DNA of 64,000 nucleotides from Candidatus Hydrogenedentota bacterium (GTDB lineage Bacteria; Hydrogenedentota; Hydrogenedentia; Hydrogenedentales; SLHB01): NCBI GenBank assembly GCA_963674865.2, contig CAXXYE010000008.1, positions 288,001 to 352,000 of the forward strand, read 5' to 3'. Shown piece by piece: positions 21,228 to 30,736 of this stretch (position 1 is its first letter; each line of letters starts with the position of its first letter). The notes under the pieces were generated by a model. It saw only the letters and a program-made list of their open reading frames with translations, ran no database searches and was not told where the DNA came from. The position numbers and the translations under genes were made by a program.

Positions 21228-21457
21228 GTAACCGAGTCAAGCCCGTTACCGCTTAGAACCCATTAGAGAATTGGGCATCGTTGCGACTGAGGCCACACGA
21301 CCTTGACAGAATAGACTGAAGCATCTACAATGCCAATCACGGTAAACGCAGGCTTGGGCACTGGGGAAGCAGCGCACTGGCTCTTCGCAAATGGTAGGAG
21401 TCGAACTCCTTTTGTCCACGGTGCTTGCGTTCATGCTCCAAGCAGAAAGCAGTATGG

Positions 21458-22597
21458 ATGGAGACTGCAAGGGCGCGGCGCGATTCATGTACGCGTAGCG
21501 CAATACCGATCTCACGCCTATTTCGTCTCGCTCCCGGAGCACTGAAGGTCCTTCCTCTTGTTTTCCTCGTCTCGTTTGGGGCGTCGGCCCAATCCCGCCT
21601 TGTTACGGAGCAGAACATCGCAGACGCTATCCTCGAGCGCCAGACATTTCTTCCTGTGGAAATGGATTCGCTCGATCTGAACCGGGACGGCGCCGTAAAC
21701 ATCGCCGATCTTACCTTCCATATGCTGCGAACGCTCAATCTCGTGCCCAGCGTTTCGTTTGAGACTTCCGCTACCAAGGTTTTTGAGGGCGACGGGAACG
21801 TGCAGGTGCATTTGCTGTTCACGAAAGAGATGACGGTTGCCACCAACCTGACCTTCACCGTCGGAGGCACGGCAACCTACGGCCCCGACGGCGATTACAC
21901 GATTCAGGGGTACGATTCCGTCGCCGGGCAGGGCGCCGTCGCGCTCAGCCCCGGCGACACCGAGGCTACTATCCTGATAACCGTGTCTGATGACGCCGTC
22001 TTTGACGAGGGTGTCGAGTCGGTTACACTTTCACTTACGGGGGGCAGCACGCAGACCTATTTCTTGGGCGCAGGGCAGACGCACTTCTTCTACATCGACG
22101 ACAATGATACGGTTTGGGTCGCAGGCGCCGATTTCCAGAATGGCGGGAGGTACGAGTCTTTCCGGCTCGAAATCACGCAGAACAATGGGATATTCGACGG
22201 ACGCGTGCTTTCAGACGACCTGCTAATTCCCCGGCCCGAGGAGGGCGATGCAGACGCCCGGGGAGATGACGGTTGGGACGCCCGGTTCTACGCGGGCACT
22301 CAGACACTGCGGATCGAGATCGGGCCGATTCCTATTGACCGTGTGCAGTCGCTGTTTGACGCGCATCAGACCCGCTCGTACGTCCTCGAGATCGGCCCTG
22401 GGCTGGGAACATACGAGTACGATCCGAATCACCAGTTCACAGGGTTAGCGACAACGAGTATCGAAGCCGTGAAGAGCCGTCTCGGCCCGAGGAATCAGCG
22501 GCTTAGGTTCTTGAATCGCGAACTCGTCGGGGATCTGGTACTCCGAAGGCAGCCGTCGAAAGTAGTCAGTCAGGAAATCGTTTTTGAGGATGAATAG
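21458..22597 (+). CDS. Secreted protein with a dockerin-like Ca-binding loop, Calx-beta domain and unknown C-terminal beta domain
   Basis: Hydrophobic signal ending ASA-Q; DLNRDGAVNIADL; VSF...EGDG..V...GGTAT.G.DY...ITVSDDAVFDEGVESVTLSL...IDDND. The start codon is uncertain. Confidence 0.75.
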   Translation: METARARRDSCTRSAIPISRLFRLAPGALKVLPLVFLVSFGASAQSRLVTEQNIADAILERQTFLPVEMDSLDLNRDGAVNIADLTFHMLRTLNLVPSVSFETSATKVFEGDGNVQVHLLFTKEMTVATNLTFTVGGTATYGPDGDYTIQGYDSVAGQGAVALSPGDTEATILITVSDDAVFDEGVESVTLSLTGGSTQTYFLGAGQTHFFYIDDNDTVWVAGADFQNGGRYESFRLEITQNNGIFDGRVLSDDLLIPRPEEGDADARGDDGWDARFYAGTQTLRIEIGPIPIDRVQSLFDAHQTRSYVLEIGPGLGTYEYDPNHQFTGLATTSIEAVKSRLGPRNQRLRFLNRELVGDLVLRRQPSKVVSQEIVFEDE

Positions 22598-25500
22598 CAA
22601 CGAAGCACATAGGAAAGGCCCGCTGCTGCCGGGATGGCGCATGAGTCCGATGCGGTGCGGCGTGCTTGCGGTCCTGCTGCTTGCTGCTTCGATGCTTGCG
22701 CAGGGCCAGTCGGACCTGCCGACCGACTTGGTCATCACCGTCGACAACAACAGGGCGTACGTTTCTCCCGGACAGAACGTCACCTACGAGATCGTCGTCA
22801 ACAACTACGGTCCGAACGCCGTGGTGGGCGCCCTCGTGGAAGATTCGTTTCCGGTCGAACTGACCACGGTGACTTGGGAGGCGAGTCCGACGGCGGGCGC
22901 CACATCGGCGCTGGGTTGGGGGAGCGGGGACATCTCGGACACGGTGGATATTCCTGTCGGTGATCGGGTCGTGTATACCGTTTGGGCCGTCGTCGACCCC
23001 TTCTCCGTCGGCTCGGTCGCGAACACGGCTACTGTAACGGCGCCGCCAGGGTTCCTGGACGTCTTCGAGGATAACAACACGTCGACAGACGAAGATCCAA
23101 TTGAGTTTCAGAGTGTCGCCCGCATTCAGCCTTTCTACCGGAATGGCTGGCCGAGTCCGAATGCGTTCGCGCAGCCGGGGGACACGCCGCCGGATCAGGG
23201 CACGGTCGCGTTCAACGGCCATGTCGGCGACTGGAGCGCTCCCGCCGACCCGAGTGCCGGTTCGCCGCGATTCGTTCTCAAGACCTCGTCGTTCGGACAG
23301 CCGCTGGGGCAGTACATCTCGGCGGCAGTGGACATTGACGGCATTCTCCTGGATGCCGTCGATGAGTTGTTCTATGTGCCCGGAAATTCATCGGATCAGA
23401 ACAACCGGGCGGCCTTCCGCTTCATCAACACTCTGTTTACGACCGATTCCGGGAGCGCCGTGGACGAGATTCAACGGCGTCTCGACAACGGCTTGGTCTA
23501 CGACACGACGATCGACCCCTCTGATGACAATTGGAATGTGTCACCGGCGACGGGGATCTCGGACGAAGAACGGGCGCTGCATGTCGCGGACGAGATCAAG
23601 CCGCTCCTGCAGGCATTTCCCCACGATCGCGAGTTGCGCAACCTGCTGCTCGACATCTACTACTATCGGACGTTGGGGCGGCAAATGGTCGCCAAGCAGA
23701 AGGTGGTCGAAGCGTACCAACTGAACTTCTCCGAGGTCCTGTCGGACGACGTTTCGTTCGGCACGCCAATCAACAGGGAAATAGACGCGTTCAAAGTGGC
23801 TTCCGAGGCTTTGCGCGGGGTGCTGAATCCATATATCGAGCTGCTAACGGACGACTTGGGCGTCGATATCGCCACGCAAGTCGACGCATCCTACACCGGC
23901 GATCTTCCTTTCGGCTTCTACGTTTTCCGCCAGGAGGTGCCGAACCGTTCGGTTTACGCGCCCACGTTTGTCGACTACTTCCCGGACACAGGCACGGTAT
24001 CCGGTACGCCGGCCCAGGTTCTCGATGATGAGCGGCAAGCGCCGGTGCTGTTTGTCTCGCCCACGTCGTTCCTCGTCGATGCGGACGGAAATCCGGACGG
24101 CTCGACGGTGAACGAAGTGACCTTTACGATTGAAAATTTTGGGGCCGGATCGGACGGAGCGGGCGACCTGTATTGGGAGGCCGTGGTAGTAAATCCCACG
24201 ACTTCGTCGGGCAAGGGAATCAAGATGCTCTCGCTCGACATCGGCGATGGCGAGTGGGGCAGCCGACTTGCCAGCGAGAATCCCATCGAGCCTCCCCCGG
24301 CGGGAACTCCGGCGACAGTAACGGTCAAGATTGAAGCGAACGATTCCGTCCTCAGGCGGAGCGGCAAAATCGAGGTGCGCGACATTTCGGGCAAGGCGGA
24401 CGCCCTTACGTACACGGTGATTGTCTCGCAGTCCGGGCACACCCAGCGCGTTTTAGGCGTCGAGCCGGAAGAGGTGTATTACACGACGCCGCCGAGCCAG
24501 GTTTTCCCGGTGAACATTTCAAACCTTGGGTCAGGCACGCTCGACTGGAAAGCGACCGTCATTGATACGGGACTGCCGTCGGGGATGACGGTCTCACTTA
24601 CCTGGTGGCCCCTGGAGTGGCCCTACCACATTCTCCCTCAATACGTCTCGGAAATCACCGGATGGGATGCGGCTGTTGTCAAGGTGAAGGTTGACAATGC
24701 GCCCACAGACTCTCAGGCGATCGATATTGTCAAGATCGAGCAAGTGAACCTTGCCTCCGAGACGACAACCATCACGTTGCATACTGGAGGCCACACTACA
24801 GCCAAGACACTTTCTGTTCCTTTGTTGAGCGTGTATCCGGATTTGATCGCCCTAAGCAGCGAGGCGATCACGCGAAGCTTCAGCATCAACGACGTGGCGA
24901 GCGTAGGCGATGTAACAGTGACGTCGACCGTTCCCTGGATATCCGTCCAACCCGTCGAGACCGGCCCGGTCCAGCTCGATATTGCCGAGAATACCTCGTC
25001 GAGCGTGCGTACCGGCTACATTACCGTTCGGGCGTCGGAAACGGGCAGCCAATCTTGTGTGGTGACGGTTATTCAGGATGGGGCCTCGGACGCCGGATTG
25101 GTGGTCAATCCCATTCAGCGCTATGCCGGCAACGAAAGCGGCGAGGTATCTAGCGGGGAAGGCTTTGACGTTATCCGCGTGGGGAGCGGGGACCTTTCCT
25201 GGACGAGCCAGGTGTCGAAGGGCGGCCACTGGCTAAAGATCGTGGCGGGCGAGTCCGGTACGAACGATGGCGAGGTTCTCTACTCCTACGACGAGAATAC
25301 GAGCCTGCACGGCAGGACCGGCGAGATCGTCATTCAAGCGCCTGATGCCGTCGATGGCCAGAACCTGGTGGCCGTCCAGGTGTTTCAGCGTGGCGCGGAG
25401 AACACTCAGGTTCTGACCGGGGGATTCAAGGATCTTATCCTGCTGTTTGACGTGATGCGCGACGACGCCCAGGTCAACAAGGAGTTGGCCAAGCGCTACG

Positions 25501-27728
25501 CCCTGAGACGCTTGCCCGGTGATGTCGAGTTGGCTTACGCGCTTATTGGTGAGACGACGACAAGGCACTCGGTCGCTATCAAAGACATAAGCAATCTCAT
25601 TCCCGATTGGCGAGATCGCGTTCCGCAGAGCTCGGAACTGGTCGCTACGTTCTCGGGCTGGCAACAAGCCATTGAGGAATTGGCCACGGTAAAGGATTTC
25701 CTGGACGGAGATTCAAACATCCTGGGCTTCCCAGAAGATTTCCTGTTCTTGGTGCAGGCGTTCCAAGGACAGGACTCCTCCCTGTTCGATTCCTTCGACA
25801 AATTGCTCCTATACATGTTTGATGACGCGAACAGCACGGCGGTGCCGACGTCGCCCTTAGGCATCGCCTACGACAAGTACTTGGCGGCCCGAGACGAGTA
25901 CGCGAACTTCGTGGAGACGCAGGATACGCTGGCGGAGGAGTTGCGCACACAGAATCTCGATCACCGGAAATGGATGTATGACGTGGTCGGTGTAGACCCG
26001 GGGAACGACGTGGACAACCCCGATGACGCCGAGAACTACTACAACCCGAGCGGGAATTACGGGGGCGACCTATGGCAGATCGATCGGAGTATTGACCGCG
26101 CACGAGCACAGCTTGAGGTCAATGAGGCCCAGTTGCAGAAGATTCTGGACGACATCAATACCGAGCTTTGGCGGCGCTCTCAAGAACACCAGATCAACGC
26201 GGCGATTGCCGACCTTCACGTGGTCTACGGAAACGAAGTGGCGTTGATCGAGGGGGCCATCGGCGTAATCAACGGAGCCCAGGTCCTTGCTGACAATATC
26301 GTTGAAGGCCTTGCCGGAGGCACGGAGGACCTCGTTACGTCGGCCGGATTCAATGTTGGGGCCCGTGTTGTTAATGGGATCTTTCAGGCCGCGGCGGAAG
26401 TCGCGAAGGGCGCTGCTGAGGCGGGCAAGGCACTCCTGGCCGCCTCAGAGAATGCGGACGTTCGCCGGCTGGAGGATCAGATACTCGATGTTAACAGCCA
26501 GGCGCTCATAAAGAACCTGTTCGGCGAGGCCAACTTGGTGGGGATGCAGTCCACGGATCTCGTATTGGCGTTGGTGCAGGAAATCGCCAGGCGTCAGGCG
26601 AACATTGACGAGTGGCACTACCGGGAAGATCGTATGCGTGAGAACAACGCGGCCCTTCTTGGACGGTCCTTCGCGAATCCGGTCCACCGCCTGCGTCTGC
26701 GCCTGTCTATGCTTGAGGCCGAGTCCACTTTCAAAGTCGCTCAGAAGTGGGTTTTCTATACGATCCGTGCGCTCGAGTATAAATGGAACACGCCGTTCGT
26801 CTACAGCAGTCCGACGGGAGACTGGTCAGTGGATTCAATCTTCCGCGCTCGGACGGCGCGCGACCTCGTGCTGTTGGTCTCCGCATTGCGGGACTACGAC
26901 GGGCTCTTGCAGGGAAGTTCCCGCGGCGATGACCGATTCGATTGGTTCTCATTTAAAGAGGATTTCTACGGACTCACTCCGGTTTACGACGACAATGGGG
27001 ACGAGTTGAAGGTTTATTCGCACCCGCGCACCGGCTACGGAGCAACAGCCACCGAGGTCTTTAGGGCGCGACTCGAAGACGTGTTCGACTCCGATACAGG
27101 TACCATCGACATTCCCTTCAGCACTTTCAAGGATAATGGCCTCACCTTCTTCCGCGGCCCCCGGCGCGACGCCGAAGATCCGGATGTTGTGCTTTCGAGA
27201 GGGCAATACCTCGACAAGATCATGTGGATGAAGGTCAACCTGTTCGGCGATTTCTCGGATGCGCCTGTTGCACGGGTGGGTGGGACACTGACTTACTCGG
27301 GTGGCAGCTACGTCCGCAACGCCCGCGTCGGTACGGTGGATCCGGAGAATCCCTCGCGGATACTTGACGAGTTTTCCGTGTGGCCGACCAAGTTCTGGTT
27401 CTTCGACAGCGGCCAGCCCGGCGGGGATCCGCCCGTTTCCGCGGCCTGGCGTTCCAGTGACGAACAGACGACTGAGTTTGCGCTCAATCTGACGGATATT
27501 TCACGTTTCGAGGTGCCCGATACCGTCGGCCAGATTGACGTTTTCCGCGAGCGGAGCGTCGCGAGCGATGGCTGGCGTCTTCAGATCTATACGCACCAGA
27601 ATGGAGTCCCCGTGATCACCATTGACGAGATTGACGATATCGAGGTCCTCTTCTATCACATGAGCAAGGAGAGGCCCCCGCTAACCAAGAGCGAGGACGG
27701 CACAGTCGGGATCTACGATGGGATGTAG
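22590..27728 (+). CDS. Large secreted protein: DUF11, BACON-like Ig repeats, and a C-terminal region resembling the Tc toxin A (TcA) channel and TcB-binding domain
   Basis: Signal peptide (AVLLLAASMLA-Q); DLVITVD...VTYEIVVNNYGP...NTATV...NNTSTD (DUF11); several WxA/WI..N....R.G.I.V...V.Q repeats; long helices with a Gly/Ala-rich tip; LLGRSFANP, RALEYKWN, WRLQI...IDDIEVLFYH. Confidence 0.7.
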   Translation: MNSNEAHRKGPLLPGWRMSPMRCGVLAVLLLAASMLAQGQSDLPTDLVITVDNNRAYVSPGQNVTYEIVVNNYGPNAVVGALVEDSFPVELTTVTWEASPTAGATSALGWGSGDISDTVDIPVGDRVVYTVWAVVDPFSVGSVANTATVTAPPGFLDVFEDNNTSTDEDPIEFQSVARIQPFYRNGWPSPNAFAQPGDTPPDQGTVAFNGHVGDWSAPADPSAGSPRFVLKTSSFGQPLGQYISAAVDIDGILLDAVDELFYVPGNSSDQNNRAAFRFINTLFTTDSGSAVDEIQRRLDNGLVYDTTIDPSDDNWNVSPATGISDEERALHVADEIKPLLQAFPHDRELRNLLLDIYYYRTLGRQMVAKQKVVEAYQLNFSEVLSDDVSFGTPINREIDAFKVASEALRGVLNPYIELLTDDLGVDIATQVDASYTGDLPFGFYVFRQEVPNRSVYAPTFVDYFPDTGTVSGTPAQVLDDERQAPVLFVSPTSFLVDADGNPDGSTVNEVTFTIENFGAGSDGAGDLYWEAVVVNPTTSSGKGIKMLSLDIGDGEWGSRLASENPIEPPPAGTPATVTVKIEANDSVLRRSGKIEVRDISGKADALTYTVIVSQSGHTQRVLGVEPEEVYYTTPPSQVFPVNISNLGSGTLDWKATVIDTGLPSGMTVSLTWWPLEWPYHILPQYVSEITGWDAAVVKVKVDNAPTDSQAIDIVKIEQVNLASETTTITLHTGGHTTAKTLSVPLLSVYPDLIALSSEAITRSFSINDVASVGDVTVTSTVPWISVQPVETGPVQLDIAENTSSSVRTGYITVRASETGSQSCVVTVIQDGASDAGLVVNPIQRYAGNESGEVSSGEGFDVIRVGSGDLSWTSQVSKGGHWLKIVAGESGTNDGEVLYSYDENTSLHGRTGEIVIQAPDAVDGQNLVAVQVFQRGAENTQVLTGGFKDLILLFDVMRDDAQVNKELAKRYALRRLPGDVELAYALIGETTTRHSVAIKDISNLIPDWRDRVPQSSELVATFSGWQQAIEELATVKDFLDGDSNILGFPEDFLFLVQAFQGQDSSLFDSFDKLLLYMFDDANSTAVPTSPLGIAYDKYLAARDEYANFVETQDTLAEELRTQNLDHRKWMYDVVGVDPGNDVDNPDDAENYYNPSGNYGGDLWQIDRSIDRARAQLEVNEAQLQKILDDINTELWRRSQEHQINAAIADLHVVYGNEVALIEGAIGVINGAQVLADNIVEGLAGGTEDLVTSAGFNVGARVVNGIFQAAAEVAKGAAEAGKALLAASENADVRRLEDQILDVNSQALIKNLFGEANLVGMQSTDLVLALVQEIARRQANIDEWHYREDRMRENNAALLGRSFANPVHRLRLRLSMLEAESTFKVAQKWVFYTIRALEYKWNTPFVYSSPTGDWSVDSIFRARTARDLVLLVSALRDYDGLLQGSSRGDDRFDWFSFKEDFYGLTPVYDDNGDELKVYSHPRTGYGATATEVFRARLEDVFDSDTGTIDIPFSTFKDNGLTFFRGPRRDAEDPDVVLSRGQYLDKIMWMKVNLFGDFSDAPVARVGGTLTYSGGSYVRNARVGTVDPENPSRILDEFSVWPTKFWFFDSGQPGGDPPVSAAWRSSDEQTTEFALNLTDISRFEVPDTVGQIDVFRERSVASDGWRLQIYTHQNGVPVITIDEIDDIEVLFYHMSKERPPLTKSEDGTVGIYDGM

Positions 27729-27735
27729 AGCGAAC

Positions 27736-28686
27736 ATGAGACACTGGACAATCGGCGCTGCTATTATCATCGTGACGGCGCTTGTCTGCGTCGCCCAGGC
27801 CCCTCAGGACCCGGTGCCCTCGACAGTCAACTTTCAGGGCACTCTGCTCGAGGCCGACGGGAAAACGCCGGAAAACGGCCCGGTCGACCTCGAATTCCGA
27901 TTGTACGCTAACAAGGATGACGACAAGGCCGCTGCGATTTGGGCCGAGGCGCATACCGCGCAAGAGTTGTTCGAGGGCATATTCAATGTCCTACTCGGCA
28001 ATGGCGGGAGTGTAACCGGATTCCCACACGATTCCCTCGATGCCGTCTTCACCCACGCCGCTCTCTGGCTCGGTTTGGAGGTCCAAGGCGAGGCGGACGA
28101 GCGGGCGGAACGGCAGCAGTTCACCTCCGTCCCGTATGCATTGACGGCCAACACGGCAATTAACGCGCTCCACGGCGTACCGGCGGGTACCATTGCCATC
28201 TGGGGAGGGCCGGAAGCGGACATTCCAGTCGATTCAGGTTGGCTTCCTTGTGATGGACGGGAATTGGACGTGACGGCGGATTCGGGCAAGTACGAGGCCC
28301 TCTGGAACGCCATCGGCACGACCTGGGGCAGCTCGGCCACAGGCAAGTTCAACCTGCCCAACTTCGGTGGACGCGCTCTCATGGGCGAGAACGGTTCTCA
28401 CACCCTTGGCGATCGTCTTGGCGAAGAGGAGCACGTGTTGACGCTGTCGGAGATGGCATCTCATGACCACAGCTTTGTTGACACTTACTCTACAGGCACC
28501 CAGAATGTTAGTGGGCAGATTGGTATTCCACAGCCTTACTACTCGCACTGGCCCGATTCTTCCGATGGCAGCTATCGCTACACGGGATACACGGGCGGCT
28601 TGTCCGAAGGACTTTTCCCGCACGACACGAAGGCTCACGCGAATATGCAGCCATCACGGGTAGTGGCCTTCATTATCAAGTATTGA
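27736..28686 (+). CDS. Secreted phage tail-collar/fibre domain protein 1
   Basis: Signal peptide; VNFQGTL...FRLY...WAEAH...GIFNVLLG domain; VPAGTIAIWGG..GWLPCDG..LWNAIGTTWG..FNLPNFGGR; HDH; AHANMQPS..FIIKY. Confidence 0.85.
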   Translation: MRHWTIGAAIIIVTALVCVAQAPQDPVPSTVNFQGTLLEADGKTPENGPVDLEFRLYANKDDDKAAAIWAEAHTAQELFEGIFNVLLGNGGSVTGFPHDSLDAVFTHAALWLGLEVQGEADERAERQQFTSVPYALTANTAINALHGVPAGTIAIWGGPEADIPVDSGWLPCDGRELDVTADSGKYEALWNAIGTTWGSSATGKFNLPNFGGRALMGENGSHTLGDRLGEEEHVLTLSEMASHDHSFVDTYSTGTQNVSGQIGIPQPYYSHWPDSSDGSYRYTGYTGGLSEGLFPHDTKAHANMQPSRVVAFIIKY

Positions 28687-28721
28687 AGTGGATGCAGCCG
28701 ATGCATACAGAGGATAAGGAC

Positions 28722-29723
28722 GTGAGCGACGAAGTGAGAACGCGGGACATGACGAAGCGGGCGCAGTCCACATGCCTGCGAGCCTTTCTTGTCGTCGCGG
28801 TTCTGACGGCCTGTTTTGGCCAGCCCTGGGTCGCGGCACAACCGATCCAGGCCCCGCCGGACTTCGTGAGTTATCAGGGGACTCTCCTCTTGGCTAGCGA
28901 CGGTGTCACACCTGTGAGCGGCGCATCAGACATTGAGTTTCGGTTGTACGCCAACGAGGCCGACGATGTGGCCGCCGCAGTCTGGGGTGAAATCCATGAG
29001 GACGTCTCCATATTCAACGGCGTCTTCAACGTGTTTCTAGGGGGAGGAGACGCGATTGATGGCGTCCCGAACGGGAGTCTGGCCGATGTCTTCAAGAATT
29101 CGCCTCGTTGGCTAGGCATCAAGGTGGGCCTCGACGCGGAGATGTCCTCCCGGCAGAAGATTTCTTCCGTTCCCTACGCCCTGACGGCTACGCACGTGAC
29201 AACGGCCATACACGGGGCGCCCGTGGGGACGATCATGATGTTTGCGGGGCCGACCGCTCCTACCGGCTGGGTCTTCTGCACCGGGCAACAGCTAAACCTG
29301 ACAACAAACCCGGAGTATAGCGCGCTGTATGACGTTATAGGAACGACGTGGGGCGGGTCCGGCCCGACGGACTTCCGCCTGCCCGACCTGAGGGGGCGGA
29401 CGCCCATCGGCTCCGGCACAGGCATCGACGCAAACACCGACACGAGCTTCGGAGCAACCGCCGGACTCACGTCGCGATCCGTGAACACGGCCGTGGGGAG
29501 CGAGACGGCCACGCTGGATATCGAACAGATGCCCGAGCATAGGCATAGGTACTGGGACCGGTACATAGAGTCTCCTGCTTCGAACAAGCCCCAATGGGGG
29601 CTTGTCAACCATGCGGCCAATCCGAGCGATCTTTCGCAGGACACGACCGGCAATAGGGGAAGCGGCCAAGCGCACAACAACATGCAGCCCTCTACCTACA
29701 TCAATTTCATGATCAAACTGTGA
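28722..29723 (+). CDS. Secreted phage tail-collar/fibre domain protein 2
   Basis: Same architecture: VSYQGTL, PVGTIMMFAG..GWVFCTG..LYDVIGTTWGG..FRLPDLRGRTPIG, HRH, AHNNMQPS..FMIKL. The start codon is uncertain (28683-28749). Confidence 0.85.
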   Translation: MSDEVRTRDMTKRAQSTCLRAFLVVAVLTACFGQPWVAAQPIQAPPDFVSYQGTLLLASDGVTPVSGASDIEFRLYANEADDVAAAVWGEIHEDVSIFNGVFNVFLGGGDAIDGVPNGSLADVFKNSPRWLGIKVGLDAEMSSRQKISSVPYALTATHVTTAIHGAPVGTIMMFAGPTAPTGWVFCTGQQLNLTTNPEYSALYDVIGTTWGGSGPTDFRLPDLRGRTPIGSGTGIDANTDTSFGATAGLTSRSVNTAVGSETATLDIEQMPEHRHRYWDRYIESPASNKPQWGLVNHAANPSDLSQDTTGNRGSGQAHNNMQPSTYINFMIKL

Positions 29724-29733
29724 GTCTGTGGAG

Positions 29734-30690
29734 ATGGAAATGTTCGATAGTCGGCCTCAGACGGGACTACGCGAGGCAAGAGCCGTGAGCGCCGGTGGAG
29801 CCCTGACTAAAGTGAGGCATCTGCGGCTGTTCGTGGTCGCATGCGCCGCGGCCGTCGCGTTGGCTCTGCCGTGCAGTTCCCAGCCGCTCCCCGTGCCGGA
29901 ACTCATCAACTATCAGGGGCTCATCTATCTCGAGGACGGTTCGACGGACGTGACCGGCACTTACGATTTCGAGTTCCGCCTCTACACTGCGTCGTCGGGC
30001 AGCGCCGATGCACTGTGGGGCGAACGCCACGAGAACGTTCAGGTTGCACGCGGGAAGTTCAACGTTCTTCTAGGGGCCGGGGCCGAGATCGCGGGCGTTC
30101 CGCACGAGGCCGGCGTTATGGCTGATGCTTTCAGGTCAAACACGGTTTATCTCCAGTTACGTGTTGATACCGACCCGGCAATTCGGATCCGGCAGCAGTT
30201 CTCCTCAACGCCACACGCCTTCAGCGCGCAGAACGCGTTCACGGCGGTTCACGGCGTCCCGCCCGGCACGGTGATGCCCTTTGCCGGCTCCTCGGTTCCC
30301 TACGGGTGGTTGTCGTGCAACGGCGCATCCTACGCGCAGGCCGATTATCCGGCCCTGTTCGCGGCTATCGGCACAACCTGGGGCGGCAGCGCCACCAATT
30401 TCAATGTGCCCAACCTCGGAGGTATGATCCCCGTGGGCGTCACTTCCGGGCATGGACTCGCGGCGACCCGAGGTGAAGAGAAAGTCTCCCTAAGCTCTTC
30501 GAATCTCCCCAGTCACCACCACACCTTCTACGACAAGCGGTACACATCGCAGGGAGGAACGGGTGTCGATACGGCTCAGGCCGACGACGCAGAGGGAAGC
30601 ACCAACAGGGCGACCCAGTCTTCCGGGTCCGGCACAGCTCACCCGAACGTACAGCCATCGTCGGTGGTTAGGTACATCATCAAGTGGTGA
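29734..30690 (+). CDS. Secreted phage tail-collar/fibre domain protein 3
   Basis: INYQGLI, VPPGTVMPFAG..GWLSCNG..LFAAIGTTWGG..FNVPNLGG, HHH, AHPNVQPS..YIIKW. Confidence 0.85.
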   Translation: MEMFDSRPQTGLREARAVSAGGALTKVRHLRLFVVACAAAVALALPCSSQPLPVPELINYQGLIYLEDGSTDVTGTYDFEFRLYTASSGSADALWGERHENVQVARGKFNVLLGAGAEIAGVPHEAGVMADAFRSNTVYLQLRVDTDPAIRIRQQFSSTPHAFSAQNAFTAVHGVPPGTVMPFAGSSVPYGWLSCNGASYAQADYPALFAAIGTTWGGSATNFNVPNLGGMIPVGVTSGHGLAATRGEEKVSLSSSNLPSHHHTFYDKRYTSQGGTGVDTAQADDAEGSTNRATQSSGSGTAHPNVQPSSVVRYIIKW

Positions 30691-30736
30691 GTGCCTCGAA
30701 AGGCTCTCGTCCTGACAGAGTAAGAGGAACAACACG

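Noticed and set aside
27736..30690. Prophage, tailocin or eCIS/T6SS locus
   Set aside because: No sheath, tube, baseplate, VgrG/PAAR, capsid or terminase genes are visible, and the fibres carry signal peptides.
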